From an uncultured delta proteobacterium (lineage in GTDB: Bacteria > Myxococcota_A > Polyangia > Fen-1088): DNA of 64,000 bases. The notes under the pieces are model-generated. The model did no database searches. It was not told the DNA's origin and saw only the letters and a program-made list of their open reading frames with translations. This document shows positions 11,277-21,862 of the stretch, in pieces. Location: NCBI GenBank assembly GCA_963767925.1, contig CAVYGB010000008.1, positions 2,112,001 to 2,176,000 on the forward strand. Reading direction: 5' to 3'. Both the position numbers and the translations under genes were made by a program. The first letter of the stretch is position 1. Each line of letters begins with the position of its first letter.

Positions 11277-11722
11277 ATGCAGACGTGCAAAACAAACGCT
11301 CCCGGGCAGATCGCACGAGCCTTCAGGAGATCTGCAAAGGACCCCCCGTTTCGCCTTTTCGTGGACGCACGATCCGCTGTGGCCAGCGAAGACGAGGGAC
11401 GCTCGCTCCTGGAGGGCTGTCTCGAGCTGATCGGATGCAACGTCCTGATCGCGGAGAACGCTTTGCAGGCGCTCGGCCACGTCGGCCTGGAACAAGATCC
11501 GCTGCCCGACCTGGTCATTCTCGGGCTACCCCCACAAGCCAGAAGAACGTTACTCGAAAGGATACGACGGGACCCGAGATCGGAACGGCGCCGATCCTGA
11601 TCATGGGCGCGGCCAGCAACGATGGTCCAGGCTCTCCGGGGTCGTTGCTCGACAAGCCGGCACGCCTCTCGGCGGTGATGGAGACGATCCGCCGGTATCT
11701 GGAGGCCGAGGCCTCGGCTTGA
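11277..11722 (+). pseudogene. Degenerate, frameshifted receiver-domain protein
   Basis: GCNVLIAENALQAL..PLPDLVILG..IRRDP/GTAPILIMG..LLDKP; phosphoacceptor Asp position appears to be Gly; frameshift at about 11575. Confidence 0.55.
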
Positions 11723-11917
11723 GTGAGCTCCGACGGTCACTCCGGGTCACGCCTTGTCCCGCAACTCCCGTCTGTACTCAGGGCGCTGTGGAAGGGACCC
11801 GTCATCTCGTCCGCAATGCATACAGCCACCGCCCGTGTGGTTCGCCACTGGACCCAAGCCCTCAGATGACCCCGTCAACCGACGATCGTTCCGGGCCGAG
11901 TCTGCCGCTCCGATGGC

Positions 11918-14071
11918 TCAAGGACAGGCAGGGTATCGCAGTCCACATTCTCGAGCCTTGATCCAGGAGAGCTTTCGTCGCGCCAGGCCACTCAGCCGCC
12001 GGTATTCGTCCGGGTACTGCGCCGCGATGTCCGTGCGCTCGAGCGGGTCGTGTCGCCAATCGACCAGCCTGGCTGAACCCCGCACCACATCGTGGATGAG
12101 ATAGTGGTCATGCGTGCGGACTCCGATCTCGAGGAAGCCGCCGCGCTGGCTCTGATGGAGCTCGGGCGCGAAGCGGAGCGAATACTGCAGGGTTCGCTCC
12201 ACCGGCGCCCCGTCGAACAACACCGTCAGGAGGCTCGAGCCTACCCACCGGTCGCTCGGCTCCAGCCCGATGACGTCTGCGATCGTAGGCAGGACGTCCG
12301 CGTGACTGACCAGGCCGTTCACGGTGGAGCCTCTCCCCTTGGGCGCCTGGATCAGCAGCGGTACGTGCAGGACGCTGGTGAGTATGGATCCCGAATGGTG
12401 CTTCTCCAAATGATTGGCATCGAACGACTCGCCGTGGTCCGAGGTGAAGATGGTGAGGTACCGCTCAGCGGGCCAGGCCTGCTCCACATGTTCAAGCAGC
12501 CGGCCCCAGTGATGGTCGGCGAACCGAAGCTCGGCGTCGTATATGTCCTCCTGCTCGCGCCCTTCGTCGAATGGCCTGATCTCTCCACTCAGCTCGAAGG
12601 GGAGATGGTGGTCGAAGTAGTGCACCCAGAGGAACAGCGGCTGATCGCCAGGCTGACCGTCGATGTAGCGGAGCGCGGCGTCGGTGACCTCGGGCGCGGT
12701 ATGGATGGGATCCTTCGCTCGGATGCAGACGTCATCGACAACGTCGAAACCCACGGTGTGCCAGCCGCGTCCGCCGTTGAGGAAGAACTGGCCGCCCGGT
12801 ATATGAACCGTGCGGTAGCCCACCTGCTTGAGCAGCTGGGCCATGGTGGCCATGTCCTCGGCGTAGGGAAAAGGCGGAGTGCGATCGGGTTTCAAGCGAG
12901 CCTGCGCGTTGAAGATTCCGGCCAGGAGGCCCGGAAACGCGGTGCGGGTGGCTGCACTTAGAGAAAATGCCGTGGAGAAGCTGGTTGCCCGTGAGGCCCA
13001 TTGGGCCAGCCGAGGCGCGGTGTCGCGCCGATAGCCCCCAAGCGTCGTGTGGGAGAAGGAAAGCGAGTCGGTCGTGATCAAAACGATGTGGGGCCGCCGG
13101 TGCAAGCCCGGCGGGCGCGGCTGGACCCTTCTTGGCTCGCCGGACTGCTCCGTGCCGGCGGCCTCCTCTTCGGCCAAATCCGCGTCGGGGTCCCTGGTTT
13201 TCGCGACTGCGAACGCCAAGAGCTGCTGTGAGGCGCTGGTCAGGTTCGGCGACAGCACGAAGTGTGACCTCGCCAGATCGGACGATTGGCCTGCCCAGGA
13301 ACATGGAAGAACGATGACCATCAGCGCTAGAGCGGATCTCCCCGCGCCGACGGCACCGACAATAGCATGGCTGACGGCCCATGACAGCGCCAGCCCGCAG
13401 GCCGCACCCGCCGCCAGGTCCCATGGAAGGTGGACCATGACACCGCGGCTGCGGAGCCACGCTGCCGTCAGCCCCGTCAGGACGAGCACGCCCGCCCCCC
13501 CCAGTGCGGTTCCCGGTGTCGCAAAGCGGGTCAAGGCCGGCTTCTTCCGAAGCGAGAGCTGGACAGCCCAGCCGAGCGTACCGGCCAGCAGCGGGACCGC
13601 CATCGCCACGACCAGGGCGAGGGCACTACTCACGGCGAGGATCAGAGCGACCAGGAAGGTAGGCGTGCGAACGTGGTGGGCCATGTTCGAGCCTGCCGCT
13701 ACGCTGGCGACTGCCCAGAGCCCGACCCCCCCCAGGACGGCCCCGGTCCACACTGCGCGCCGACTCGCGGTGGCAGCGTCGGCCGGGCTCAGCCAGCGGC
13801 GTATTCGAGCCGCGAGCGCCGCGAAGGGCCGCTCCACCCCGAGCGCGCGGCTCCAGCTCTCCTGAACCGCCAAGGTCGCCATTCCCGCCAGCGGCCACAC
13901 GGGCGCCGTCGCTGCGACCCCGAGTAGTCCCGCGCGCCAGCTCAGGTCCGGTTGACGCCAGATTCCGTACCCCCCTTCCCCCATGGCCCAGCCTGCGACG
14001 AAGCTGGCGCCGGTCACGAAAGCGGCTAATCGATAGGAGGACCTGGTAGGCGGCTCAGAGGCGTGAGGCAA
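11918..14071 (-). CDS. Membrane-anchored sulfatase-like hydrolase/transferase (alkaline phosphatase superfamily)
   Basis: Multi-TM N-terminus; PHIVLITTDSL, FLWVHYFDHH, YDAELRFAD, TSDHGE, HVPLLI, DVLPTI. Confidence 0.85.
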   Translation of the reverse strand: MPHASEPPTRSSYRLAAFVTGASFVAGWAMGEGGYGIWRQPDLSWRAGLLGVAATAPVWPLAGMATLAVQESWSRALGVERPFAALAARIRRWLSPADAATASRRAVWTGAVLGGVGLWAVASVAAGSNMAHHVRTPTFLVALILAVSSALALVVAMAVPLLAGTLGWAVQLSLRKKPALTRFATPGTALGGAGVLVLTGLTAAWLRSRGVMVHLPWDLAAGAACGLALSWAVSHAIVGAVGAGRSALALMVIVLPCSWAGQSSDLARSHFVLSPNLTSASQQLLAFAVAKTRDPDADLAEEEAAGTEQSGEPRRVQPRPPGLHRRPHIVLITTDSLSFSHTTLGGYRRDTAPRLAQWASRATSFSTAFSLSAATRTAFPGLLAGIFNAQARLKPDRTPPFPYAEDMATMAQLLKQVGYRTVHIPGGQFFLNGGRGWHTVGFDVVDDVCIRAKDPIHTAPEVTDAALRYIDGQPGDQPLFLWVHYFDHHLPFELSGEIRPFDEGREQEDIYDAELRFADHHWGRLLEHVEQAWPAERYLTIFTSDHGESFDANHLEKHHSGSILTSVLHVPLLIQAPKGRGSTVNGLVSHADVLPTIADVIGLEPSDRWVGSSLLTVLFDGAPVERTLQYSLRFAPELHQSQRGGFLEIGVRTHDHYLIHDVVRGSARLVDWRHDPLERTDIAAQYPDEYRRLSGLARRKLSWIKARECGLRYPACP

Positions 14072-14726
14072 TCACGTCTCCCGACTTCGGCCCATCATGC
14101 CGCCAAGCGAAGTACCTGTTGCCATTGCACGACAGACGGGCCGATTCATAGGGTCTCGAGTCTGCGATTGCAATATCGATTCCTACCGCTCACGCGGCCA
14201 CTACTCACGACGAGACAGTCGCCGGCCCACAGAATGCGCTGAGCGGCCCCGCAAATCTCCCGACGGCAAATGCATCCTGCAAGCCTCCACGGCGGGGTGG
14301 CCGTCACCCTTGCCAACGCGTCGCCATTGAGGCGTACCGCCGCTGGCCCCGGTCACGGGTGTATCAATGAACTATGTTCGTTCCGCTGCGCTGGAGGTGG
14401 AGGAACGCCCGACCTCTGCTCCGGGCCCAAGCGCGCCGGACGTCTCTCGGCGCGCGTCGACTCGGCGTAGCTTTTCTGTACAGACATCGTTCGAGTCGTG
14501 CCCCAAGCCCGTCGACGGGCGGTCCGCCATCTACAAATGCAGCGCTCGTCTGATAGAGCCACTCAATTGCTGGACGGCAAAACGCGAGAGTGCGTTTGCC
14601 CCGTGCAATGATGTCCGCCCAAACTGCCTGACACCCCATCGGGCGCGGCTAATGGATCCAGACCGAGCGAAATTGGATTCACCCGAAGGAAGAGCGACAC
14701 GGGTCCGATGGGGCCACTGAATAGGC

Positions 14727-15698
14727 ATGAGCAATCAAAACTGGAAAAAGTCCTATCAGCGCTACCAGGCCGTCCCTGGCTCGGCCTTGCCAAGCCACAG
14801 CGGCCCGACTGGTTTCTTGATTGCGGGGCTCTTTGCTGCCAGCTGCATACCGGACGAAAATCTGGTCGGTGGTCAACGTCACTCCAGCGCACAGAACAGC
14901 AGGGGGGAAGCCACTCCCGCTGCGGTGACTCCGCCATCAACTGCACCCTTTCCGTCTTACTCGGGGTCTACGCCCGTTGGCCCCGCTTCGATCGATCCTC
15001 CCGCCGCATCACCCACCGGGAATCCGACAGAGCCGAATCCACCCCCGGCAGAAGCACTCCGCGAGAGATCGGCCTGGCTCGTCGTTGGCAACGCAGACAA
15101 TCGAAACAGCGGCGACGACCGTTTGTTCGACACACTGGAACGCCTGGGGTTTCGCGTCGCATTAATAGACGACAGCGAAGACGGTCGAGACGCGCGAAAC
15201 TTCGGCCTCGTCGTGATCTCGGCCAGCGTCGTCGCAGGGCTCATCGAAGACGAGTACCTGCATGTCAGGGTGCCCGTCCTCGTGATGGACTCCGACCTTT
15301 ACGAGCACATGAGGATGACCAATGATCGCAACGGGAGGGATTTCGGCACCACGAACGCCCGTCAGCTAGAGATCGAGGACGGAAGCCATCCGATCGCCGC
15401 CGGACTGAGGGGCCGGATTGACGTTTCGAACCGCAACACCCGCCTCCACTGGGGAGAGCCATCCGCCGAGGCGAGCGTCATCGCAACCCTGGTCAACCAG
15501 GCGAGAAGGGCGACCATCTTCGCGTACGAGGCCGACGCCAACATGGAGGGGCAGAGGGCGCCGCACCGCCGGGTCGGCTTCTTTGCCAGCGATCAGCTCG
15601 TCGACGAGCTCGGGCCAGAAGGCGAGGCACTGCTCGAAGCGGCGGTCATCTGGACCTGGTCAGGTCAAGCCGCGGTCCGCCCCGCCGCCCTCCGCTAG
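14727..15698 (+). CDS. Hypothetical secreted lipoprotein with Pro-rich linker and C-terminal globular domain
   Basis: Lipobox-like FAASC, P/T/S-rich linker, domain with LVVISASV, HPIAAGL, IFAYE, RRVGFF. Confidence 0.6.
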   Translation: MSNQNWKKSYQRYQAVPGSALPSHSGPTGFLIAGLFAASCIPDENLVGGQRHSSAQNSRGEATPAAVTPPSTAPFPSYSGSTPVGPASIDPPAASPTGNPTEPNPPPAEALRERSAWLVVGNADNRNSGDDRLFDTLERLGFRVALIDDSEDGRDARNFGLVVISASVVAGLIEDEYLHVRVPVLVMDSDLYEHMRMTNDRNGRDFGTTNARQLEIEDGSHPIAAGLRGRIDVSNRNTRLHWGEPSAEASVIATLVNQARRATIFAYEADANMEGQRAPHRRVGFFASDQLVDELGPEGEALLEAAVIWTWSGQAAVRPAALR

Positions 15699-15760
15699 AA
15701 CCAGGCGATCCCGAAATCCACCAGCTTGACCACATCCCCCGCGCCCGTGATCAGCTGGTC
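15695..15760 (-). pseudogene. Ser/Thr protein kinase scrap (subdomain VII)
   Basis: LITGAGDVVKLVDFGIA followed by a stop two codons later; no other kinase motifs nearby. Confidence 0.5.
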
Positions 15761-15845
15761 CCTCGTGATTGCTCTGGCGAGGCTCACCGACCGTGCGCGA
15801 GCCCCGCAGCGTCCCATTCCGGACTGAGGTCGCTCTCGCGGTGTT

Positions 15846-17231
15846 TCAGGCGGCCGTCGACGACCCCGCCTCCGCTGCGTTGCGGGCCGCGTTAGGCTCG
15901 AACCCGCGCGACGGAAGGAAGCGACCAGCGACCAGTCCCAGGACCCCAGCCGCGGCCGAGGCACACAGAATCGCCAGCTTCGCGGCTTCCAGTTGCACCC
16001 CCCGGGGAAACGCCAACGTGGCGATGAACAGTGCCATCGTGAAGCCGATGCCTGCCACGACACCCAGCACCAGAAGCTGAAGCCATCCGATTCCGGCGGG
16101 CAACACGGCTATCCGAGATCGCACGGCGATCCAGGAAAGCCCCAGGACACCCAGAGGTTTCCCCAGAACCAGCCCGGCGGTCACACCGAGGAACACGGCT
16201 CCCGTTCCGCCGGTCAGTTTTGCGTCCGCCAGCGAGATACCCGCGTTCGCCAGGGCGAAGATCGGCATGATGACGTACGCGACCCAGCCGTGAAGCGCGT
16301 GTTCGAGCCGCTCCACGGGCGCGACGGCCTCGCGCAGCGGCAGGTGCAACTCGGCGGCCGTCGCTACCACTCCGCGACGGTCGACCTCGTCGGTCCGGAG
16401 CGCCTCCGCCGTGGCCGTGGCGTGATCCGCCAGCTCGCGGGCACCGAACCACGGGCGAACCGGGGTAAGAACGCCCACCACCACGCCCGCCAGCGTCGGA
16501 TGCACTCCCGCCGCGTACGTGCCGGCCCAGACCACCAGCCCGGGAATCAGATAGGCCCAGGCCCGCCTCACTCCGAGCTTCTGAAAAGCCAGGAGGAGCA
16601 CCAACCCCGCCAGCGCCAGGCCAAGACCCGACAGATGGATTCCCGACGAATAGAACAGAGCAATGACGACGATGGCGCCGAGGTCATCAATCACGGCCAC
16701 CGCCAGCAGCAGGATACGCAACGCGGGGGGCACGCGTTTGCCCAGCAACGCCAGCACGCCCATGGCGAAGGCGATGTCGGTCGCCATCGGCACACCCCAT
16801 CCGCGGACAGCCGCAGTACCGCCGTTGAGCGCGACATAGATGCAAGCTGGCGCGATCATGCCACCAAGCGCCGCAACAAGCGGCAGCGCCGCCCCTCGCA
16901 GCTCGCTGAGCTCACCGCCATGAGTCTCCCGGCGGATCTCGAGACCAACGACGAAGAAGAACACGACCATCAACCCCTCGTTGATCCAGAAATGCAGGTC
17001 GCGTTCGAAGGACAGGGGTCCAAGGCGGAAGCCCACGGCGCTGTGCCACAGCGCCTGATAGCTGTCCCGCCACGGGGAGTTGGCCCAGATGAGCGCTACA
17101 CAGGCCGCCACGAGCAGCAGGATGCCGCTCGATGCCTCGATCGAGAGGAAGCGCTCGACCGGTGCAATGATCCGTTTGGCCGCCGCCCGGGCAGCCGGCC
17201 AGACCTCGGGAGGTGGGGGAATGGTTCTCAT
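15846..17231 (-). CDS. nhaA: Na+/H+ antiporter NhaA
   Basis: WINEGLM.VFFFVVGLEI.RE, AALGGMIAPA, GWGVPMATDIAF, LAVAVIDDLGAI, AGIGFTMALFIA.LAF. Confidence 0.95.
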   Translation of the reverse strand: MRTIPPPPEVWPAARAAAKRIIAPVERFLSIEASSGILLLVAACVALIWANSPWRDSYQALWHSAVGFRLGPLSFERDLHFWINEGLMVVFFFVVGLEIRRETHGGELSELRGAALPLVAALGGMIAPACIYVALNGGTAAVRGWGVPMATDIAFAMGVLALLGKRVPPALRILLLAVAVIDDLGAIVVIALFYSSGIHLSGLGLALAGLVLLLAFQKLGVRRAWAYLIPGLVVWAGTYAAGVHPTLAGVVVGVLTPVRPWFGARELADHATATAEALRTDEVDRRGVVATAAELHLPLREAVAPVERLEHALHGWVAYVIMPIFALANAGISLADAKLTGGTGAVFLGVTAGLVLGKPLGVLGLSWIAVRSRIAVLPAGIGWLQLLVLGVVAGIGFTMALFIATLAFPRGVQLEAAKLAILCASAAAGVLGLVAGRFLPSRGFEPNAARNAAEAGSSTAA

Positions 17232-17431
17232 GGGGACGCCGCTGATCTCCGCCGGAAGACACGAGTGGGCCTTGCATCGGCGCGGCGGCCTGGCCACCCG
17301 AGGAGCCTGCGGCCGGCACGGCCGCGCCCTCGGAGTTAGAGTGCGGTCTTTCGTCACCATCGGTCAAGTCTGATGGGGCCGGCGGCCTCCTTAGCAGCGC
17401 TCAGGTCGCCTTCATCTCGGTCCTTCCCCGC

Positions 17432-17896
17432 GTGGTCCGTTGCCCTCGCCCGGGCCTCGCGTGGCACCGCTGGCATTCGACGGACGAACCGACGGGCGCT
17501 GCTGGCCTCGACACCGCGAACCTACGCGTTTCACCTCGGCGTACGAAGGGGGCATCGCTGGTGCTCGACTGGGAGAGCGCGGCGCAGACGCGGTTCGTTG
17601 GTTCGTTCTCGCGTCGACGGCGGACCGGAGCGGATGCTCTCGACCGCCGCGACCGGATCAACACCTGGCAGGAAGCGGACCTTCCCTCGGTGGGAGACCG
17701 ATCCGTTCGGCTGGAGCTGACCACCGAAGGCCTGACCGCGCCAGCGGGCTTGGGCGATCCGGAGGTCATGATGCCCCGGGCGGACCGGAAGCCAAGTTCA
17801 ATGGCGTTCTCGTCTAGTCTGGCCGGAACGTTGCAGACAGCCCCCGAGCTGCGCCGGCAACTGGAGGCCCTGGGCTACTTCGGGGGCATCAAATGA
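17432..17896 (+). pseudogene. Internally deleted sulfatase-like remnant
   Basis: Beta-rich segment (TWQEADL..VRLELTT..GLGDPEV) joined to the typical sulfatase tail ELRRQLEALGY; no catalytic core. Confidence 0.4.
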
Positions 17897-18867
17897 GGGC
17901 GGCTCTCCTCGGCGCCGCTCCCCTTCGGCGGCAGCAGGACGTGCAGCCAGGACGGAGGCGCGAAGCAAGCTAAGAGAAGGACGACCATGAGCAGTGCGAA
18001 CCATTTCACCGGCCCGAAGCACAGGCCGATGAACGCATGCATGCCCAATCCGAACAGAAGGGCGGGTTTGCGCGTCCACGGGAGCGCAAACCATACGGGC
18101 GCTCCGACTTCGAAGGCGAGCACCAGACCCTGGAAGACCGTCCACATCCAGGCGGGCAAGAGCGACGCCACGAAGAACGCGACCCACGTCTGATACGAAT
18201 CGTGCAGGTGGGTCCACAGCACGTGCGGCTGCCCGAGCCAGTCACCCTGGATCTTGGCGATGCCCGACGTGCAATACAGCACGACCAGCAAGCATTGAAA
18301 GAACCGAACGTTGCCCCAGCTGGCGTGGCTGGAGGGCGCTGGCCCAGCGGGCGTCCGGGTCAGCCAGGCGTCGAAGGACCGGGCCTGACCCGCCGGTGAA
18401 AGGAAGAGCGCCAGCGCGATGACCACCGAGAGCTTGGTCACCGTGAATGCCGCCAGCCGATCAGCGAAGGCGACGTAAGCGAGGCAGAACGTGAAAGCCG
18501 CTGCCGCGATCTTCGTTCGAAGCCCCGCGCTGAGAAGCAGGCCCGAGACCACCAGGGCCACACACAGAAGAACGGCACCCCAGGTCGGCAGCGGCGGCAA
18601 AAAGAGCGGCTGGCGCCAGTCCTTTCCCGCCAGCAGCGGCACGCGAAACCCCTCCACCGAAAGCCAGTCCTGCGGATGAATCAGGCGGGCGGCATAAAAG
18701 CCCAGTATGGCCAGCGGGGCCGCGATCCGGATGGCTGCCAGCCGCACGATAGGCTGAGGAATCAGGAACGCGCGCAGCCAGGCGCGAAAGCGCGCGGCCA
18801 CCGGGAACCTCACGACGGGCGCCACCTCTTTCCGCCGACCCCGACGACCCGGCCGCCCTCGTCTCAT
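17875..18867 (-). CDS. HTTM-domain membrane protein
   Basis: Multi-TM; LSAGLRTK, RSFDAW, Q.LLVVLYCTSGIAKIQGDWL, LAFEVG.P, GLGMHAFIG. Confidence 0.8.
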   Translation of the reverse strand: MRRGRPGRRGRRKEVAPVVRFPVAARFRAWLRAFLIPQPIVRLAAIRIAAPLAILGFYAARLIHPQDWLSVEGFRVPLLAGKDWRQPLFLPPLPTWGAVLLCVALVVSGLLLSAGLRTKIAAAAFTFCLAYVAFADRLAAFTVTKLSVVIALALFLSPAGQARSFDAWLTRTPAGPAPSSHASWGNVRFFQCLLVVLYCTSGIAKIQGDWLGQPHVLWTHLHDSYQTWVAFFVASLLPAWMWTVFQGLVLAFEVGAPVWFALPWTRKPALLFGLGMHAFIGLCFGPVKWFALLMVVLLLACFAPPSWLHVLLPPKGSGAEESRPHLMPPK

Positions 18868-19430
18868 TCGGGCTTCACGCAGCGCGCGGCGCGCATCGCT
18901 GTGGGAGTCGAATAGAGCGGCGTGACCGCCTCCGGCGGGTACTTCGCCAGCGTCTTGCGGCGGTAGCGAGCTACGGGTTCCTGGACCCCTGGAACCGGCG
19001 TCCGCGCCGAAGCCAGCCGGACGCCACCGATGCGCCCATTGGCCGACGTGAGCCGCCGGTTGTAGCCGTCTGTGATGTAGGCGTCGAGGGCCTGGAGCAC
19101 CTGGGCGTGACCGCGAAAGAAATACATCGCGCGGGCAAACCGGTTCTCCTTGTCATCGGCCAGAATGGGGAACAGCTGGCGGACATCTATCTCACGGAAG
19201 CTCGAAGAGGCGCAGTCCCAGCCTTCGGCTCGATATTCGCTGTCGTTGCTCTTGGAGGAAGTGAAGAGGCCTGAGATCTGCGACAGGTAAAGCACCGGCT
19301 GCGGTACCGCTCGGTAGAGCCGGCCGGAGATGAACGCGTCCAGGAAAACGAGAGCCAGATAGCCCGCGCCCACCGCTACCAGCAGCCGGCGGAACCAGCG
19401 GGGCCCCCAGTCACGCGCGATGAGCATCAC
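18864..19430 (-). CDS. Hypothetical single-TM protein translationally coupled to the HTTM gene
   Basis: ATGA overlap at 18864-18867; N-terminal TM helix; YRAEGWDC, DDKENRF motifs. Confidence 0.65.
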   Translation of the reverse strand: MMLIARDWGPRWFRRLLVAVGAGYLALVFLDAFISGRLYRAVPQPVLYLSQISGLFTSSKSNDSEYRAEGWDCASSSFREIDVRQLFPILADDKENRFARAMYFFRGHAQVLQALDAYITDGYNRRLTSANGRIGGVRLASARTPVPGVQEPVARYRRKTLAKYPPEAVTPLYSTPTAMRAARCVKPE

Positions 19431-19491
19431 GCCCTGCCGAGGTTGTCTTGCCCCCCTCTATCAGGCGCATGAATAAAGTGTCGCGATCGTG

Positions 19492-19656
19492 CTAGTCCCC
19501 TGGAAAGGTGATTTCTTGCCTATCTCGCCGGTCCTCTTCGTCCCTGGCTGCGTTGCTCGTCGGTTAAATACGCCGGGTATTCGCCCTCCTCGCGCCTTGC
19601 CAGGAACGAAGATGCCTCGCCGACATATGCAAGCCTTCACCTTTCCAGGGGACTAG
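19492..19656. mobile_element. MITE-like element (165 bp) with terminal inverted repeats bounded by CTAG
   Basis: CTAGTCCCCTGGAAAGGTGA (19492-19511) is the exact reverse complement of 19637-19656; imperfect pairing extends to about 39 bp; no transposase inside. Confidence 0.8.
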
Positions 19657-19750
19657 GCGACCGCGGCACGGGCTACACCAGCCGACAAAGCCCGAGCGAG
19701 CGAAGGGTCAGCCCCCGGCGATGCCCGCCCGTCAGATCTCGAGGAGCGTC

Positions 19751-21643
19751 TCACGCGGCAGCCCTCATTCCCAGGATGGCCCTCAAATCCTCCCTCTCGA
19801 GGGTTTCTTGCTCGAGCAGGCGCGCCACCAGCCCGTCGACGATCTCCCGGCGCCGGGTCAGCTCGACGGTCGCCTCCTGGACGGCTTGACCCAGGATCTT
19901 GCGTGCATCCCCCTCGATGGCCGCCACGGTGGACTCGCTGGTCCCGGAGTCAATCGCCATCCGCTGTCCCAGGAATGGATGTTCCGCATTGTGTTCGTAA
20001 TAGACTGGCCCGAGACGTTCGCTCATCCCGTAGTTGGCCACCATCTTGGATGCCAGCTTGGTAGCCTCGCGGAGGTCGTTCTCGGCGCCGGTCGATATCT
20101 GCCCCAGTATCAACTTCTCGGCGGCGTAGCCCCCCATCAATACGCGCAGCCGAGCCTGCAGCTCCCGCTGGGTGAGAAGATGTCGGTCGCTTCCCGGCAA
20201 CTGATGCGTCACGCCCAGTGCCATGCCCCGGGGGAGGATCGACACGCGATCGGGGGCATCCGTCTCGGGCGAAAAGTGGGCGACGATGGCGTGTCCGGAC
20301 TCGTGCACGGCCACTCGTTTCTTCTCTTCGGGGTCCAGTTTGGCCTCCCGTGGGTCGCCGAGGACGATCTTGTCGAAGGCGGCGGTGAAGTCCTCCGCGG
20401 TGATCTCGTCGCGGCCGACCCGCGTGGCATGGAGTGCCGCCTCGTTGACCAGGTTCGCCAGATCGGCGCCAGAGAACCCAGGTGTTCTCTCGGCGATGCG
20501 TTCGAGTCGAACGTCCCGGCCGACGGGTTTACCTTTCGTGTGCACGCCCAGGATGGCCTTGCGAGCGGCCAGCTCGGGGCGATCGACCACGACTCGGCGG
20601 TCGAACCGGCCGGGCCGCAGAAGCGCTGGATCGAGCACATCGGGACGATTGGTGGCTGCCATCACCACGACCAGCTCGTTACGGTCGAACCCGTCCATCT
20701 CGGATAGCAGCTGGTTGAGGGTCTGCTCTCGCTCGTCGTTTCCGGCGCCCAGCCCTGCACCTCGCGAGCGTCCCACGGCGTCTATTTCGTCGATGAACAC
20801 GATGGCCGGGGTGTTTTTCTTCGCCTCCTGGAAGAGATCACGTACACGCGAGGCTCCGAGGCCGACGAACATTTCGATGAACTCCGAGCCGCTGATGGAA
20901 TAAAAAGGCACCCCCGACTCTCCCGCCACGGCCCGCGCCAGCAAGGTCTTGCCAGTTCCGGGTGGTCCCACCAACAGCACCCCACGCGGGACCTTGCCCC
21001 CCAGCTTGCGAAAGCGCTCGGGCTCGCGAAGAAACTGGACGATCTCCTGCAGATCCTGTTTGGCGGCCTTCAGTCCGGCCACGTCGTCGAACCGGACGTT
21101 CACCGCCTCAGCCTTCTCGAATTTGCGGGAATGACCCTTGAGCATCGCGAAGGGGCCACCCCGGGCCATCATGCTGTTGGCCCGGCGCGACAGCCAGATC
21201 CACACGCCGATGATCAGCCCCCAGGGCAGCAAGGTCATGATCACCTCGACGGCAAAAGGCTGTTTTCGGTTCTCGACTTCGATCCGTACCTGCTTTCCTC
21301 GAAGCAGCGGCAAGAGCGCCTCGTCCTGGACCGGCAGATTGGTGCGGAACTCGAGGATCGATACGCCGTCCTGGGTCTCGGCTTCCTTGAGTCGACCGGT
21401 GAGCGTTTCACCCGCGAGCCTGACCTGCGTGACCTTGCCCTCCTCGACCCAGCGGTAGAAGATCGAGTACGCAAGCGTGGGAACCGCGCTCTGCTCGGCC
21501 GTCGACTTCCAGATCCACATCCCGAGGAACATGGCCAGGAGGATGAACAACATCCGCCTTGACGGCCGGGGGTCAGCGCCGCCAGCCGGGAGCATCGGCC
21601 CGGGCAGGGTAGGCTCCTTCTTGGAATCGTCAGCTCCACTCAT
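19751..21643 (-). CDS. ftsH: ATP-dependent zinc metalloprotease FtsH
   Basis: Two TM helices, Walker A GPPGTGKT, Walker [31 protein letters not shown]. Confidence 0.97.
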   Translation of the reverse strand: MSGADDSKKEPTLPGPMLPAGGADPRPSRRMLFILLAMFLGMWIWKSTAEQSAVPTLAYSIFYRWVEEGKVTQVRLAGETLTGRLKEAETQDGVSILEFRTNLPVQDEALLPLLRGKQVRIEVENRKQPFAVEVIMTLLPWGLIIGVWIWLSRRANSMMARGGPFAMLKGHSRKFEKAEAVNVRFDDVAGLKAAKQDLQEIVQFLREPERFRKLGGKVPRGVLLVGPPGTGKTLLARAVAGESGVPFYSISGSEFIEMFVGLGASRVRDLFQEAKKNTPAIVFIDEIDAVGRSRGAGLGAGNDEREQTLNQLLSEMDGFDRNELVVVMAATNRPDVLDPALLRPGRFDRRVVVDRPELAARKAILGVHTKGKPVGRDVRLERIAERTPGFSGADLANLVNEAALHATRVGRDEITAEDFTAAFDKIVLGDPREAKLDPEEKKRVAVHESGHAIVAHFSPETDAPDRVSILPRGMALGVTHQLPGSDRHLLTQRELQARLRVLMGGYAAEKLILGQISTGAENDLREATKLASKMVANYGMSERLGPVYYEHNAEHPFLGQRMAIDSGTSESTVAAIEGDARKILGQAVQEATVELTRRREIVDGLVARLLEQETLEREDLRAILGMRAAA

Positions 21644-21793
21644 GAAACACTGCTACCTTCCCTACCACGTCCCGTGGGAGATCGGGTCGACGTCCAACGC
21701 TAGCTGCTGACGGCCAGCTCGAATGTGTTGCTGCAGGAACCTCCGCCCCAATGTAACGAAGGTAGCTGTCGCTTTCGTCTGCTCGCGACGGAT

Positions 21794-21808
21794 TCAGTCG
21801 ACGTGCCG
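21794..21808 (-). promoter_or_regulatory. Possible sigma54 promoter for ftsH
   Basis: CGGCACG-TCGA-CTGA on minus strand, about 150 nt upstream of ftsH; good -24, weak -12. Confidence 0.4.
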
Positions 21809-21862
21809 GGAGGCGTGGATTGGCGATGGCGCGCACGTCTGCGCCAATGTAGCGTCCGCCCA

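Noticed and set aside
14576..14600. GGCAAA hairpin as a c-di-GMP-I riboswitch
   Set aside because: Lacks the GNRA loop and downstream GACGCAAAG/P2 elements.
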